Positions 25,276 to 40,125 of a DNA stretch of 64,000 nucleotides are shown here, one piece after another; positions within the stretch are counted from its first letter, which is position 1, and each line of letters starts with the position of its first letter. Location: contig JBEWZL010000101.1 in the NCBI GenBank assembly GCA_045837725.1, forward strand, positions 372,001 to 436,000, read 5' to 3'. Origin of the DNA: Vermamoeba vermiformis. Taxonomy: Eukaryota. Position numbers and translations under genes: made by a program. The notes under the pieces are model-generated. The model did not search any database. It was given only the letters and a program-made list of their open reading frames with translations, and was not told the origin of the DNA.

Positions 25276-27058
25276 ATGAAACGAAGGCAGAGCCACATTT
25301 TAGAAGCTTCACCCGAAGCTGATCGACCAAACAAAAAGTTAAAAACCAGTGATCAATCAAATTTCCAGGTAATAATTAGTTTTATCAATTCTCATATTTG
25401 ATTTACCATATTTAATATTTTTGAAGGATTTTCTGATCGATGACATCGTGAAAATTATTTTCTCATTTCTGGATGAGACTTCTCGAAGACACGTTCGTCT
25501 TGTCTGCACCAAATGGTTCAATCATATCAACTACTCGGTGTTCAATATTGGAGCTATTCTGCCATCAGAGATTGAAGAAGTGGTTCGAGTGTTTGGTCGA
25601 TACAACAAGCAGATCGCGCTTCACTTTAAACAAGAAAGCCCAGCTTTTTTTGGCATGAATAGCAGCGAACCATTATTACCAACAAGAGACCAGTCAACAA
25701 TAGAGCCATTATCAAAATTAACCAATTTAGTGGCATTATCAATACCTCACTTTAATGACGCGTTTTTCGTGTTGACTAATCTCACCGCGCTCAAAAGTCT
25801 GAACAGAATTCAATGCAGCACACTACAAACATTCACAAAATTAAAGAATTTGACAATAGGCTTTATTGACGGTGATTTATCGACCAATTTACCGCAACTA
25901 GAGGAACTGTCAATTACGCAGAGCGGAACTAATGGTGCACGACTTGCGGAAGTAGCTCCGAAACTGAAACACGTGACGCTATTAAACTGTGCTTATGAAA
26001 CGAAACTTCCAAGAGATAACTGTACCTTGCCTTCGCTAGAGTCATTATACGTGGACAAATCATGGGGCTCATTCGGTGACTTACCTGCTTTGACACGTGT
26101 CACAATTGAATTTGACAGTTTAAGCTTTGCGCGCCATCGAGTGGGACATTTAACGAACCTTAGACATTTAAATATTGGAGACAATATCAAAGTGGCAAAT
26201 TTTCCTTATTTGGAAACTTTATCATTGTTCTGTAGAAAACCGAAGCACGTTCAACAGCTGACCCAACTTCAACACTTAACATCATTGTGTCTATTCTATG
26301 GCACTCTTTCACTAAGTGAGTTGCACGTCCTTAGCAAATTGACTAGTGTTCGTAATCTGGAACTTCAACCGACATGGTATAATAGCAATGGAGCAATGGA
26401 TCTGGCCTTCATTAGTGCTCTAACGAACTTAACTTCATTCAAAATAACACTCCCAAGATATGTGAGTGGCACTGATAGCTTGAAATATCTAACAGCGTTG
26501 AAAGAGCTGGAGTTTGAAAGTCTTGGCAGAATTGTCGACGGATTCGTTGACAGCTTAACAAACTTGACAAAGCTAGATTTACGATTATGGCAAACACCTA
26601 ACTATACACATAATTTGGGTAATTTAACGAACCTAATTGAACTTTCGTTAAAGACCTACAACCTGGATCGAACACTCAGCAATAATTACAGCGGATTCGA
26701 AAATTTGACGCAGCTAACGAGACTCACTTTTGGTAGTATTGTTGACGATACGCATTTGAATAGTATTTCAACGCTGACTAAGCTCAAAGAATATGCTGAA
26801 GATGCTGGATTTGACACAAGGACGGATCGTGATCGACTTTCACGATTGACAGCTTTCAAACATTTAACTAAACTCGTCACTGGATCAATTCTGGATATTA
26901 ATTATGATTATATCACCTCATTAACGAAGCTGCAAATACTGAAATTATTCGGAGTTGATAACAAACTTTATTCCAAATTGACACTATCTTTGCCGTTTAT
27001 AGCGCAACAAGATAATACTCCGCTCAGTTACTTGGTTGAAACGTCTAATAAATATTAA
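25276..27058 (+). CDS. F-box/LRR protein with short basic first exon
   Basis: Exon 1 MKRRQSHILEASPEADRPNKKLKTSDQSNFQ, intron, then DFLIDDIVKIIFSFLDETSRRHVRLVCTKW and a long LRR region. Confidence 0.88.
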
Positions 27059-27281
27059 TAGTGCTTCTATTTTCAACGGAATAAAATCTGACTTAAAATA
27101 TAACGCTTGTTCGCTCGGATTTTACTCTGTCGTATTGATTGATTAAGATTAAATTTATGAGCATAACAATAAACTATGATGAATTTATGTTTATGTTAGT
27201 CTAGTTACTGGAGCAACTTCTAGATCTAGAAAATAATTTACTTGCGGGCAAAACACGAAGGGATCCTTGACTTCATCGTGT

Positions 27282-30200
27282 TTATTGGATACTAGGACTT
27301 ATGCTAGTAGGTTCTTTCCGACACATTTTAATTTGATCAACAATTTGGCTCGCCGATGGTCGTTTTTTTGGATCTTGTTTGCAACAGTCCATAAGAAGCT
27401 GCCGCAACTTTGTATCTTTAAACTTTTCATTAATTTTCTTAACACGTTTATCTTCGCTACTGCTCGGTAATAATGGCTCTCCGGTAAGCATTTCAAAGAG
27501 CACAACGCCGAACCTGACCAAAAAAAATTCTGAGAATTTTTTCGTTGATGAAATATTTAACTTACGAATATATATCACATTTCTCGTCGTATGGGTCTTG
27601 GCTTAATACTTCAGGGGCCATATAATTGAACGTTCCGATAACATTAACAGTTTTCTTTTCGAGTTCTTTAGCTGTTCCAAAGTCCGCAATTTTTGCTCGT
27701 CGGCCATTATAGAGCTAAATAATGAATTAATAAAAATAAAAATAAATAATTTTGCATAGAAAATATGTTACCAGAATATTTCCGGTTTTGATGTCTCGGT
27801 GAATAACTTTCGGCATCCTTGAGTGCAGGTACATCAAGCCCTTAGCGACATCAAGAGCGATCTGCATTGAATCTGGTATTGACAACGTTGATTTTTTCTT
27901 CAAAAAATCTTCGAGAGAACCGTCCTTTAAGTACTCCATGACTAAAACCACGTCCGCTGTGTTTGGATCAATTGAAACTCCGTACGACACAACGATATGC
28001 TTGTGACGAAGCCGCCTAAAAATCAAGTTAAAATGCTGTTTGACATTTTGACACTTTATGGGAGAAGTTTGAGCGGCGTGAAAAATATTATGACACTTTG
28101 ACACGTGTCACTTTTTTTGCTGGAGTTTCACTTACGTAAGAGCCTCTGCTTCCTCCGCGAATATTGTAATGTTAGACATTTCACTTCCGTCTTTCATTTT
28201 TTTCAGCGCTACGTTTTGTCCGAGCCATTTGCCTTTGTACACTTGGCTGAAACTTCCCGCACCAAGTGCCATCTTGCGATCAATTGTGATCTGCTCGAAA
28301 GGAATTCCTTTAAACTTGTTAATTGGTGTATGATTAATATAAGTTATTTATAGTGTTCTTACCTGATTGGCTATTAACGACATTTCTCACGACGTTATGT
28401 AGCAAAGAATTAAGTTGTTGTTTTAACGCTGCATTTTCTTGCTCGTATTGAGCGATTTTAGTCTCCAAACTGTTCCATTTCAAAAGACTTAGCGACTGTG
28501 CTGTAATGAATTTGTTGTTTGCGGAGCTCGCGAATTGCATTCTTGACACGTGACACACGACATCGATGCGCCAGTATTGTTCGACAATGATGAGATTTAG
28601 GCACGGCATTTGCGCCGCACTTGTGTTTGCAATAATATTCATCTTTTTGATCTTTTTCATGAATTCAAAGTGCAGTAGTTGATCGGCTTTGAGACTGGTC
28701 ATGCCAAGTGTCAAAATGTCAAATGTGACGAAGATATTTTTCTCTTTCAAGATCTTCGATTGGAATAACTTCAACTGAGTTTCTAATTCTAGCTTTGTTA
28801 AGACTTTTGGATCGCATTCAACAGGCACTCCTTGCGTGATAAATTGACCTGAATCTCGCAACGCCAGATCTATATCTTCAATGGATAAGACATATGCTTC
28901 TTTCGCTTTTGATATAATGAATGCATCACTCAAAAGTTTTTCGATATCTGCAGGAGCGAGATCTCGGTCACGAATTCCTGACTTGCGCTCTCCGGCTAAT
29001 TCTTTTCTGCAACCTAAACGAAATTGTTACTTTTGACACTGTTGACACTTTGACACTATAAACAGATTTGAACTATTTCAGTGAGCCAAAAAATGAGGCC
29101 TAAAGTACGCACCAGCAAGTCGCTCGGCAAGTTTTTTAACGCTTTCTGCAGTCAGATTATGTTCGTAACTTTGTAGCAGCAAAAGCAGCATGTAATTGAT
29201 CATAGACGGCGATGAAATCTTCGGCCAGGCAATACGAGCGAATTTTTGTTCTTTAGAATTGTCAAGTACGATATTTGAAGTTGCTGTAGAAACATAAAAT
29301 CAACTAGTTAGAAAATAATTATCAACTACTACTGAAATTAAATTCGTACCTAGAACTATAATAGAGCCGGGAGTAATATTGAATTCATTAATGAGCCTGA
29401 AAAATTCCCGAATGCTTTTCTGTTGTCTCGGATCATCGTGCTGAATGAACATTTTTTCCACGTCTTCGATTAAAATTGTTATTTCTACGCCTTCTTTTTC
29501 GTGAGCAATTTTCGCGAAATTAAATAAAACTTTTGGATTCAGTCCCTATAGAAACATAAAGGACGGTCAAAAACTTTGACACCTGTCATTCAGAGTGTCA
29601 ACACCATTTACCTTGTTATCAGGATGAAAATCAGCAGGTGATAGAGCTATGTAAGGCCGGTCCATATTTTGCACTGTTAATGGCGTCAGTTTAATAAACT
29701 TAAAAAAAAAATCGACTTCCGTCGAAGCGTACTTAAAAGTTTAATAGCCATACTTCCCTAATAAAAATATTAGAATATATAGTTAAATTTTGTAGTGTAT
29801 ATACGTACTGGTCTGTATAATAAGACACTAGTTGGATATCGACCCTCGTTAAATCCACCTTCGAACCAGGCAGACAACATCATCGCATTTACATCGGCGA
29901 TTAATCCTTCAGCTCGCGCATTTTCCTGCGTAAACATATTTGCAATGACTAATTCTTCTTTGGAAGTAACGCATCGGAGTAACTTTTCTTGTAATGCAAA
30001 TTGAGTCACCGTGTCTTTCATGAAAACTGACTGACAGTATCCTGCGTACACTTCTGGCGCTATTTTTTTCGAGGAATAATTAAATAGCTGTTCTTTGATT
30101 GTATTTTGTTTTTCTATCCTTGCTGCATCTGATTGCGAGAGTTTGTCGAGATCGAATTTAATCAGTGCATTTGTTTCGATTGAAAGAGCCTTCATTATTT

Positions 30201-31011
30201 TTGCTCCATCTGAATTTAACTGATTTGCTACAAATAAACGATTAATCTCGATGCTAATCACCATAAAAATAGCTAAAAATTGCGTAACGAAATTTCGAAA
30301 TTTTCAAATCGTTTGTAATCGCCTAACCTACCTGTAAGATTCAATTTCGATAATGAGGGATTCATTTGTAATGCTTGGGCGATATATTTAATGCCATCAA
30401 GGTCTATTTCATTCGCTTCAAAAAATTAGTTAGTCTAATTTCATAAGGAGTGCGTACTTACAACTTAAATCCAAGCTAGTCAATGTAATATTGTGTTCTA
30501 ATGCTTTAAAAATTGCTCGAATGCCTTCTGATCCAATTAGATTGCCTTTCGGTTTTATGTTAGAATTGGATCGGCTGTTACATGTTCTATCTTACCACTT
30601 AAATTCAGCTCCGTTAATGTATTATTTTTTTCTAAGCACTCTGCTATTATTATAGCGCCCTCAGCTCCGAATCTCTTTGCTTTATCGGTGATTATTCCGC
30701 TCAGATCTAATTTGGTCACGGATGTTGAATTACTTTCGAGAAGTTCTGAAAGCTTTCTTAGAACGGCTAAATCTATATCAATTGGTCCAAGTTCACATAT
30801 TGCCAGCTCTGTAAGGCTCTTATTACTGACAAGATACTGTTCGAAATGTTGGATGTCGGTTGTGGTTCTTATTTTACCTGCAATATATTTTTTAAAATAA
30901 ATAACATGGTTGTATAAGATGTTTCTTACGAGATAGATTCAACTTTGATGCTGCCGGATCTTGCAAAAATGGCCGAAGGCTGCGGGAGCCTCCTATTAAG
31001 TTCTGGGACAT
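27282..31011 (-). CDS. RI-type LRR + degenerate AAA+ domain + coiled coil + TKL-type protein kinase
   Basis: LRRs: FGAEGAIIIAECLEKNNTLTELNLS, IGSEGIRAIFKALEHNITLTSLDLS. AAA-like: VLLYRP/GSMAIKLL, ITILIEDVE, IIVL/ATSN, LAPADIEKLLSDA. Kinase: LGAGSFSQVYKG, VALKK, HRDIKTGN, IADFG, GTFNYMAPE. Confidence 0.82.
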
Positions 31012-31464
31012 GGAAATGTAGTCAAACTGAAATAACTATTATTATTACATTTAATTACTAAATAACGAGATAAATGGTTTTGAAGCGAACGGATTTACAG
31101 TAATTCAATTTTTAAAATTAGCGTTGCTGTTTGCAGTATTGCTGAAATGAGCAATTAAATACCTGGATACTGTTTCGTATTATAGGAACTATTGCAAAAT
31201 TAAATGGCCAGCTTTGACATTACCTTCTAACTTAGAGCTCGATCTAGCCTTCCGCAAAGTGCTTAGTGCGGGCAGTGCTCGAACTATGTAATAATGATAT
31301 CAAAGATAAAAATTTATCCATGGCTGTGTGAGAGCTCTTGTCTAGTCTATGACAGGCGATAAAATCTCCGAAAGTGGTATTTTTAGCCACAGATCAGCAC
31401 ACGTGTCGGCAAAAATCGCCTAGTTAATAATAAGATTAAATTTTATTAGTAATACAAAATTGTT

Positions 31465-32509
31465 TTATTTGTTCTGCTGTACTAATTGAGCAAGGTACTC
31501 GCTGACAGAGATCGGCTTAATGTGAGCGTAGAACGGGTCAGTTAAGTTATCGAGCGGGCTTAACGCCGCACCGTTAGTCTTCAAAATGAATTTTTGAGCT
31601 CCGAGCGAGAATTTTAACATAGCGTTGTCGGTGGCTTGGATTTGTTGATCGAGTGACTCAAGCGTGGGCACGTTCTTCTTCCATTCGGAGCCTAAGTAAA
31701 ACATATTAATAACTGAGCATAATATGCCTAGTGGAAATCCCTCAAAGAAATATTGTGCGTACAAAATTGGATCCGCTTGGATCACGCATGTTTCAAGACT
31801 TACCGGTCAATTTCTCGAGTTGAGCAACGACATCATTCCATTTAAAAGTCTCGGCACCGAGTCTGACTGTCTTGTTCTTAGTATTAGGGTTCAACAGGAT
31901 CTCAGGCACGAGTCGGGCAATGTCGTCAGTGTGAATGGCTGTCATGACTGCGTCGCCGTACAAATTGATTGATTGCTCTTTAACGTTGACGCCAGCGAAT
32001 GGGCTGAACAAGTTGTCCATAAACGGGTTATTAACGACGAAAGTGTAGTCCAAGCCGAGCTTGTGGATCTGCTCTTGGGCGGCCTTCTTCAAATCCCAAG
32101 TCACGGTCTGACCCTTTGGCATAGCCTCGGTGTCGTTACCAAATTCAGAGGGAATAATGCGTTTGACCTTCGAGTAAGCCGAGGCCTCGATAAGATTGGG
32201 CTGCAATCCAAGAGCTTCTTTGCCGACGACTGAAATGACGACATCTACTCCTTGAGTAGCCTACAAAATCGTCAATAATTATGAAAATATTTTTAAATTT
32301 GTACATACCTTCTTGAGAGACTCTACATCGCTAAGATCGCCTTCCACGATTTTGGCTCCCTTGGATTTGAACTCGTCTGTTTTTGGGCTTGGTTTTCTAG
32401 CTAGTACAAGAACTTCAAATTCCTTCTTTGCCAAAAATGCGTCAGTAATTTTAGCTCCGAGGAAGCCAGTAGCTCCGGCAATTAAAACTGTTTTGAGTTG
32501 GGTTGACAT
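31465..32509 (-). CDS. NmrA-like / isoflavone-reductase-like NAD(P)-binding protein
   Basis: TVLIAGATGFLGAKI, VEGDLSDVESL, QPNLIEAS..VKRIIPSEFG, TDDIARLV. Confidence 0.9.
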
Positions 32510-32864
32510 CTGATCGGATCTTGTCTTAGATTCGTTTCTGTTTCTGTTGTGTTGTAATGTGTATGACCACGTTAAATAATATAATGAACTGCCGTGAAAA
32601 TTTTTATGGTTAGTGCTTTGTAATCGTTGAGAACATTCTGTGCGGGACCGAATATTCTCACCAGGGCTAGGAGACAACGGGATCCTAAAAAGGAAACTTC
32701 TCGGGCGAAAGTTACGAGCACCAGATATTTCCAGTACATTCGCAGCGATGAGAACCATCTGGAGGAAACCGATAACAAAAATAGTTCTATTTATTTACCT
32801 TGTCAGATTCGAATCTCCAAAAACTCGATCCAACCCTCTGTTGAGCTTAAAGTCTAGAATCTAG

Positions 32865-34563
<1,699 letters not shown>

Positions 34564-34725
34564 ATTTAATTGTTATTTAATTGAGATGTTGTGTTGGTCT
34601 AAAATTCGGAGTGAAATTCATGAAAGACGAAAAAAAATCAATAAACGGACCTAGAGCAAACAAAAAGATATTTTGTAATTGTAGAATAGAACTTGTACAT
34701 ATTGTGAATAGTCATTACGTGCACG
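34564..34725. promoter_or_regulatory. Probable compact bidirectional promoter between TPI and INTS9
   Basis: Only about 160 bp separates the two divergent start codons. Confidence 0.55.
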
Positions 34726-37700
34726 ATGAAATTTGTAAGTACAAAGAACGGAGCTCAGATCGTTTGTTTCTAAAGCAAAATCTTTTCGATAATATCGACT
34801 TTTCTGTGTAGAAACACTCTGCTATTTTTATTAATTTTTTTCTACCAGTATTGCCTGGGGCAGAATCCATACGCGAGCTGTTACTTGATCCAGCTCAAAA
34901 ATATTTCAATATTATTGGACTGTGGATTAGAATTAGTATCATTACTTAACTTCGAGCCATATTTAACCGAGCCGAGCCATGTCAGCAAAAGTAATGGAGA
35001 GTCAACGGATCTTAAAAACGAAAAATCAGATGAAGGCTCCTCGTCAATTTTAACGAAGCACGGGCAGAATATATACATCAACGATACAAATCTAAAATTT
35101 CAAACGCCTCAATTTAATTTATTCGACATGGCTATGGTAGATCTTGTTCTCATCTCGAATGTTCATAGTCTCTTGGCTTTACCATTTTTAACCGAGCATT
35201 GCCCTGGATTTAAAGCTAAAATATATGCCACGGAACCAACTAAATACCTCGGCAGGTAAGCGTACAAAGTTCGAAAGCAAATCCGACTTACTCTTCGTTT
35301 TAGGCAACTTCTACTCGAGTTAGTTAGCTATATGAATACACTACAAACATTACCCGTTAAGCAAGCTCAATTTGATGTCCCGATTTGGCAGCGTATGGGA
35401 TTTCAAGAGTACGTACCATACATCGAATCCACTGGCGAAATTTATAATGGCTCTAGATCAATATGAACTTATTATAAGCTTTTTGTTATAGTTCGCTATC
35501 GGATCAATTGAAAAGTCAACTGCCTTATTTACTTCAATGGCAGAAATTGTACAGCGCCGCAGATGTAGAATCGTGCATCGCTAAAATTCAATCCGTCAAT
35601 TACTCGCAACAAATTGTAAGTGTATACCATATCCTATATTTATACATGGAGATTCTGTCACCTCTAAACCGGGCTTTCGGACCTGATAAATTTATTTATC
35701 GGATGTGCACCCCCTAACCCAAAATTATCGCTACAGTTTATATGACGCTAACAATCATTGTTGTAGAAGGTATTTGACTCGCTAGTGGTGTCTCCGATAA
35801 GTTCGGGTTATCTATTAGGTAGCGCTAATTGGATCATCAAAACTATGAACAAAAAAGTATGTCATACTTAACCTCATACATAACTAATGAGATTGAATAT
35901 TAAATAGATTACATATTTATCGGGGTCATCGATAAGTGGCAACAAGTAAGTATAAATTCATCTAAATTAATCTATGTCAAGATAAAAGAAATTCCGAGTT
36001 TAGAAACCCATTTAATAAGATTCTGTTGCTAGACATAGCACCTCCTTTGATATGGACAAGATTAACAACAGTAACTTGCTCATTGTCACGAATGGATCCA
36101 CGCAAAAAGGACTTAGTTTCGATTTTGCCTTGAACGATTTTTGCAATCAAGTCGGTATGTACCGCACACTACTCGTTCATAAATACCCTCTGCAAATATC
36201 GCATTTGCAAATTGAATAGAACTAATTATAGAATTTTCCTTATTTAGGTTTGACGGTCTCGAGTGGTGGCAATGTTTTAATTCCGTGCTTGGCCACGGCG
36301 CTGGTGTTCGATTTATTCGAAGTTTTGAACAGTTATTTGACCTCTATGAACATGACTAATGTGCCTATATACTTCATATCACCTGCGGCAGAATCTTTAT
36401 TAGCGTATTCGGATATCATCTCTGAATGGCTTAATAAGGCAAAGCAAGAGAAAGTTTATTTGCCTGAGCCTCCATTTTATCATAACGAACTCGTTAAAAA
36501 TGGCAGAATACGTCATTTCCCTAGTATAGTCGATTCCAAGTGAGTAGAATTGCACCTTAAATGCAACAAAATTAACTCCGAACAAATGTCTCCTCTTTTC
36601 AAGCACGTTTTTATCTTTATCAAATAAGAAATTGATATTAATTGTGCTATTTAATAGGTTTACAAGCTTTCAAGAGCCTTGCATAGTCCTTACTGGTCAT
36701 CCTTCGCTCAGATGTGGTGACGTTACACACTTGATCCAAACGTGGAAGAAAAATGACCGGAATGCTATTGTATTCATCGGTATGTTATTTATGAATACAA
36801 TTCGTATTATCATATCATAATGACCTCTCAATTCGAAGTTTATTCACTCAATTTACCCGATCTATTTTTAAACAGATCCGCACTATGATTGGCTCAAAGC
36901 TTTGGCGCCCTTCGAACCTATAAATATGAAGATATATAATTGCCCGCTAGATAGTCGTTTAACGTCCACAGTAAGCATTTATCAGCCTTTAAAGAACTCG
37001 TGCCAAGTGTCAAACAATTTCCTTTTTAGGAAATTCACACAGTGATTACAAAATCGAGCGCCGAACGAGTTCTTGTTGCAGATACTATTGCAACTGATGC
37101 TATACCCAAGCTGGAAGGCACCAAAGTGACAACTTTTCAACATCTGGACGTGGTATCTGTAGATCTGCATAGAAAGACGCAGGAGTGCTATATCAGTCAG
37201 GAGGTAAGCCAATACTATAATTATCTAGCTTGCGTAACGAGAAACAAATTTTAAGCGAATTCGGGATCGAGTTGCGTTAAGTAACGCCAAGATTTTCCGT
37301 AACGCTATTATTATCTACGGCCTTTATTGCTTTAAATAATGCGAGCACATACAAAATCTCTTGTTATTTAACTTGACGTGTACCGCTAAACTCAGATTTT
37401 TCTTAACGTTATTTATTTCCGTTAAAGCTCAAATTGCTAATTATTCCTACTTTGCGGTACAGCTTGCTAGTAAAATTAAAGCGATTAATGTTGGCCAACA
37501 AACAATCGCACCCGTATACGGAGTTCTGTCACAGAAGGATGGAAAGATGACTTTGGAAGCTCCCAAAAATAGCAGCGCATCCGGATCAGAAGTCCAGAGA
37601 AAACGAATGCTGTGGGGATCGCCAAAAGTGGAAGAATTCGTTCGGAAGATCGCTGAAGTAAGTATAATTTTGCGCACGAGATGAATTTATATAAATATGG

Positions 37701-37945
37701 ATATTTTAAGGTCTCAAAGCGAATTTTTCTTAATTTGCAAAATCTAACAAGAAATCTCCTTCAAATAGGCAGGCTTTGGGCGAGACATATCGCGCGTCAG
37801 GAGTAATAATGGTACTGAAGTTATAGAGGTCCCTGAGCTAAATGCTCGAATTTCCTTTTCCGCCTTTGAAACGAATGTTGATGTTGACGACCAGAAGATT
37901 CGCAAGCAATTAAGTAAGATTATTGTAGAACTATGCTACCATTGA
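34726..37945 (+). CDS. INTS9: Integrator complex subunit 9 (inactive MBL/beta-CASP)
   Basis: MKF/YCLG..ILLDCGL, DLVLISNVHSLLALPFLTE, IYATEPT, SSGYLLGSANW, GGNVLIPC, GHPSLRCGD. Confidence 0.92.
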
Positions 37946-38730
37946 TTAAATCAATCTTGTCTAATCTATCAAATTAATAATTTTGCAAGATGACGAGATT
38001 TTTGTTCATCGAACGAAAGTCAGATCGTTGCTGCATTTTTTTTATTCGGCTTAAAGCTTCTTAGTTATACGTACAGATAATTATCTATCAGCCTAACAAC
38101 GCTGAGAGTAATAGTGAATTCCTCGTTCACGAAAATTAGCCGCGCTAAATTTGGAGGACTTCACAGTCGTGCGAAATCACGATTTAAAGTCATAAACTCA
38201 GTTTTGTGCGAGTATACCAGCGTTTTGAATCATCAATGGGCCGAAACATGTTCATCGATTTGATTAGGCTCCCTAATTCCTGCGCGCGAGAGGAATTCTT
38301 TTGCCTCGGCCCGAGATCTGGTCACCAGAATCACAACGCAGGATCTGAGATGAATAGAGTTGATTTCATTCAATGGCAATGTTTTGATATTATTCTGCCA
38401 GTGCAAAGATTCCTATTAAGGCTCGCAATCTCAATTCAGATTTAATTGAGAACTGCACGCGTTTTACAAGGCCGTTTTTCTAAATGCAATATACTGAATA
38501 CTACGCGTGCCTATTAGAATCATAATTCAATATTCTAGCTCGTTTCATATCTCAATACACATTTGTAGTGAGATCGGACTCGGAAATAACTCCGCAGACG
38601 CGAAATTAGCTATTTACAAGTATTTACTACTTCTATTATACATTAAAATACAAGGTGGAAGCGAATTCAATCGGAAAATCTCCGCCAAGTATCGGGATGC
38701 GATCTCTCGGTTTCGGCACTACTCGCATGC

Positions 38731-39470
38731 TTAGGAGAACATGTCATTAAGACTAAACGACTCCCAGCTATGGAAGTCCGTGGCATCCTCACTAGGAGTC
38801 ATGCCTACTATAGAATCATGAATAGAACCCTTAACAGTGCTGCCGTTTGCCTTCGTCCAACAATTGTAGTGCGGATTCGCTACAGCCGGGGACTGCGGAC
38901 AAGTGCTATTGTTTGTGCTTTCGTCCAACTCGTCGAGTGATTCTTCGCTACTGGCGTCAGATTTACCCTCCGATGACTGCTCTTGCTGGATTTGGTAAAC
39001 ATTTGGTATTTTCGACGGAGATGCGCTTTCACTGTCGGCTTTTCCTGCACTAACAAGTACGTTTGCCTTCAAATTCTCTTTATCGCAGTTCTTCTTAACC
39101 CAACTATGAAGATTGCGCTCCAGAGTCTTCCATCCGCGTTTTCTTTCTGCGCCCTTTAAGAACTGGCTCATCTTGGTTTGACTAGCAGACAATCAATCAG
39201 CGGAACTAAAATAATTCGTGCAATGCATGCTAATTACCTTATATTTACAGCTTCTGCTATTTGACGTTGCAAGACACCGCCACCGTTGATCAAATTTTTG
39301 AGGATTTGAACAAGCTCCGGATCAGGTATTCGACGGACTGGGTCACATGATTGAGCTTCTTTGTCATATACCACTTCTTTTTGTTGCATCTTGGGATAAT
39401 CCAATCGCGGTTCTGCTAATCGCTGGGCTTTTTGGTGCAAGTACTTCTTGACTTGAAGCTTCGCATCCAT
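38731..39470 (-). CDS. Small putative transcription factor with a lambda-repressor-like HTH (HNF1/POU/CUT-like) domain and acidic/Ser-rich tail
   Basis: LKNLINGGGVLQRQIAEAVNI/SASQTKMSQFLKGAERKRGWKTLERNLHSWV, followed by a low-complexity C-terminus. One intron. Confidence 0.6.
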
Positions 39471-40125
39471 TTTCGTTGATTCTTATTCAAATAAATATGA
39501 GTAAATAATATCCTCTCGTGTTGTTCACTCGACGAGATTGCATAAAATGTTTGCAACAAAAACACAGCCGTAACACGCTGGCGGTGCCAAAAATAGACAT
39601 ATCCTAAATATGGCATTTTGAACTCCATTCCATATTCATCGTTTGCAAATGACTCCTACATCTATTAGCAACGGATGCGCGGTCTATGGCTGTATTTGAA
39701 CTCATTGTTAAACGTACCGACATTACGCGTCAAACTGAGCAGATCCATCCTAAATTTCTCGATATCATTCGTTTACTTTTCCAACGATGTCGCTTCGATT
39801 TTGCGCTTGTTGCTCGAGGAATGTATACTTAGAATCGCATCCGTTCTTTGAATACTTCGTATAATTAACTCACACGAGATTTCGGGTTACAGATCCCGAG
39901 ACGGGTGTTGTCAATTTGGTGCATAGATACTCGGTCATTTGATCCATATTTTACTTCATACGACCACAGATCGCACGAGGATAACAATGGCAAAAGGTTG
40001 TTTAGCCAAGAAACCTTCATTTTTTCATCTGATAATCCCATCCCTTCGAATTCTTCGACAGTAATATCGCTCAAGTGCAATTTATTTTGCCAAACGATCC
40101 TATCAAACAAGTATTATACCATTGC

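Noticed and set aside
39416-40110. ORFs 39865-40110 and 39416-39628 as an extra gene or upstream exons of the HTH gene
   Set aside because: The first begins within about 20 bp of the NDRG stop, the second overlaps the HTH start in another frame, and neither has a recognisable motif.
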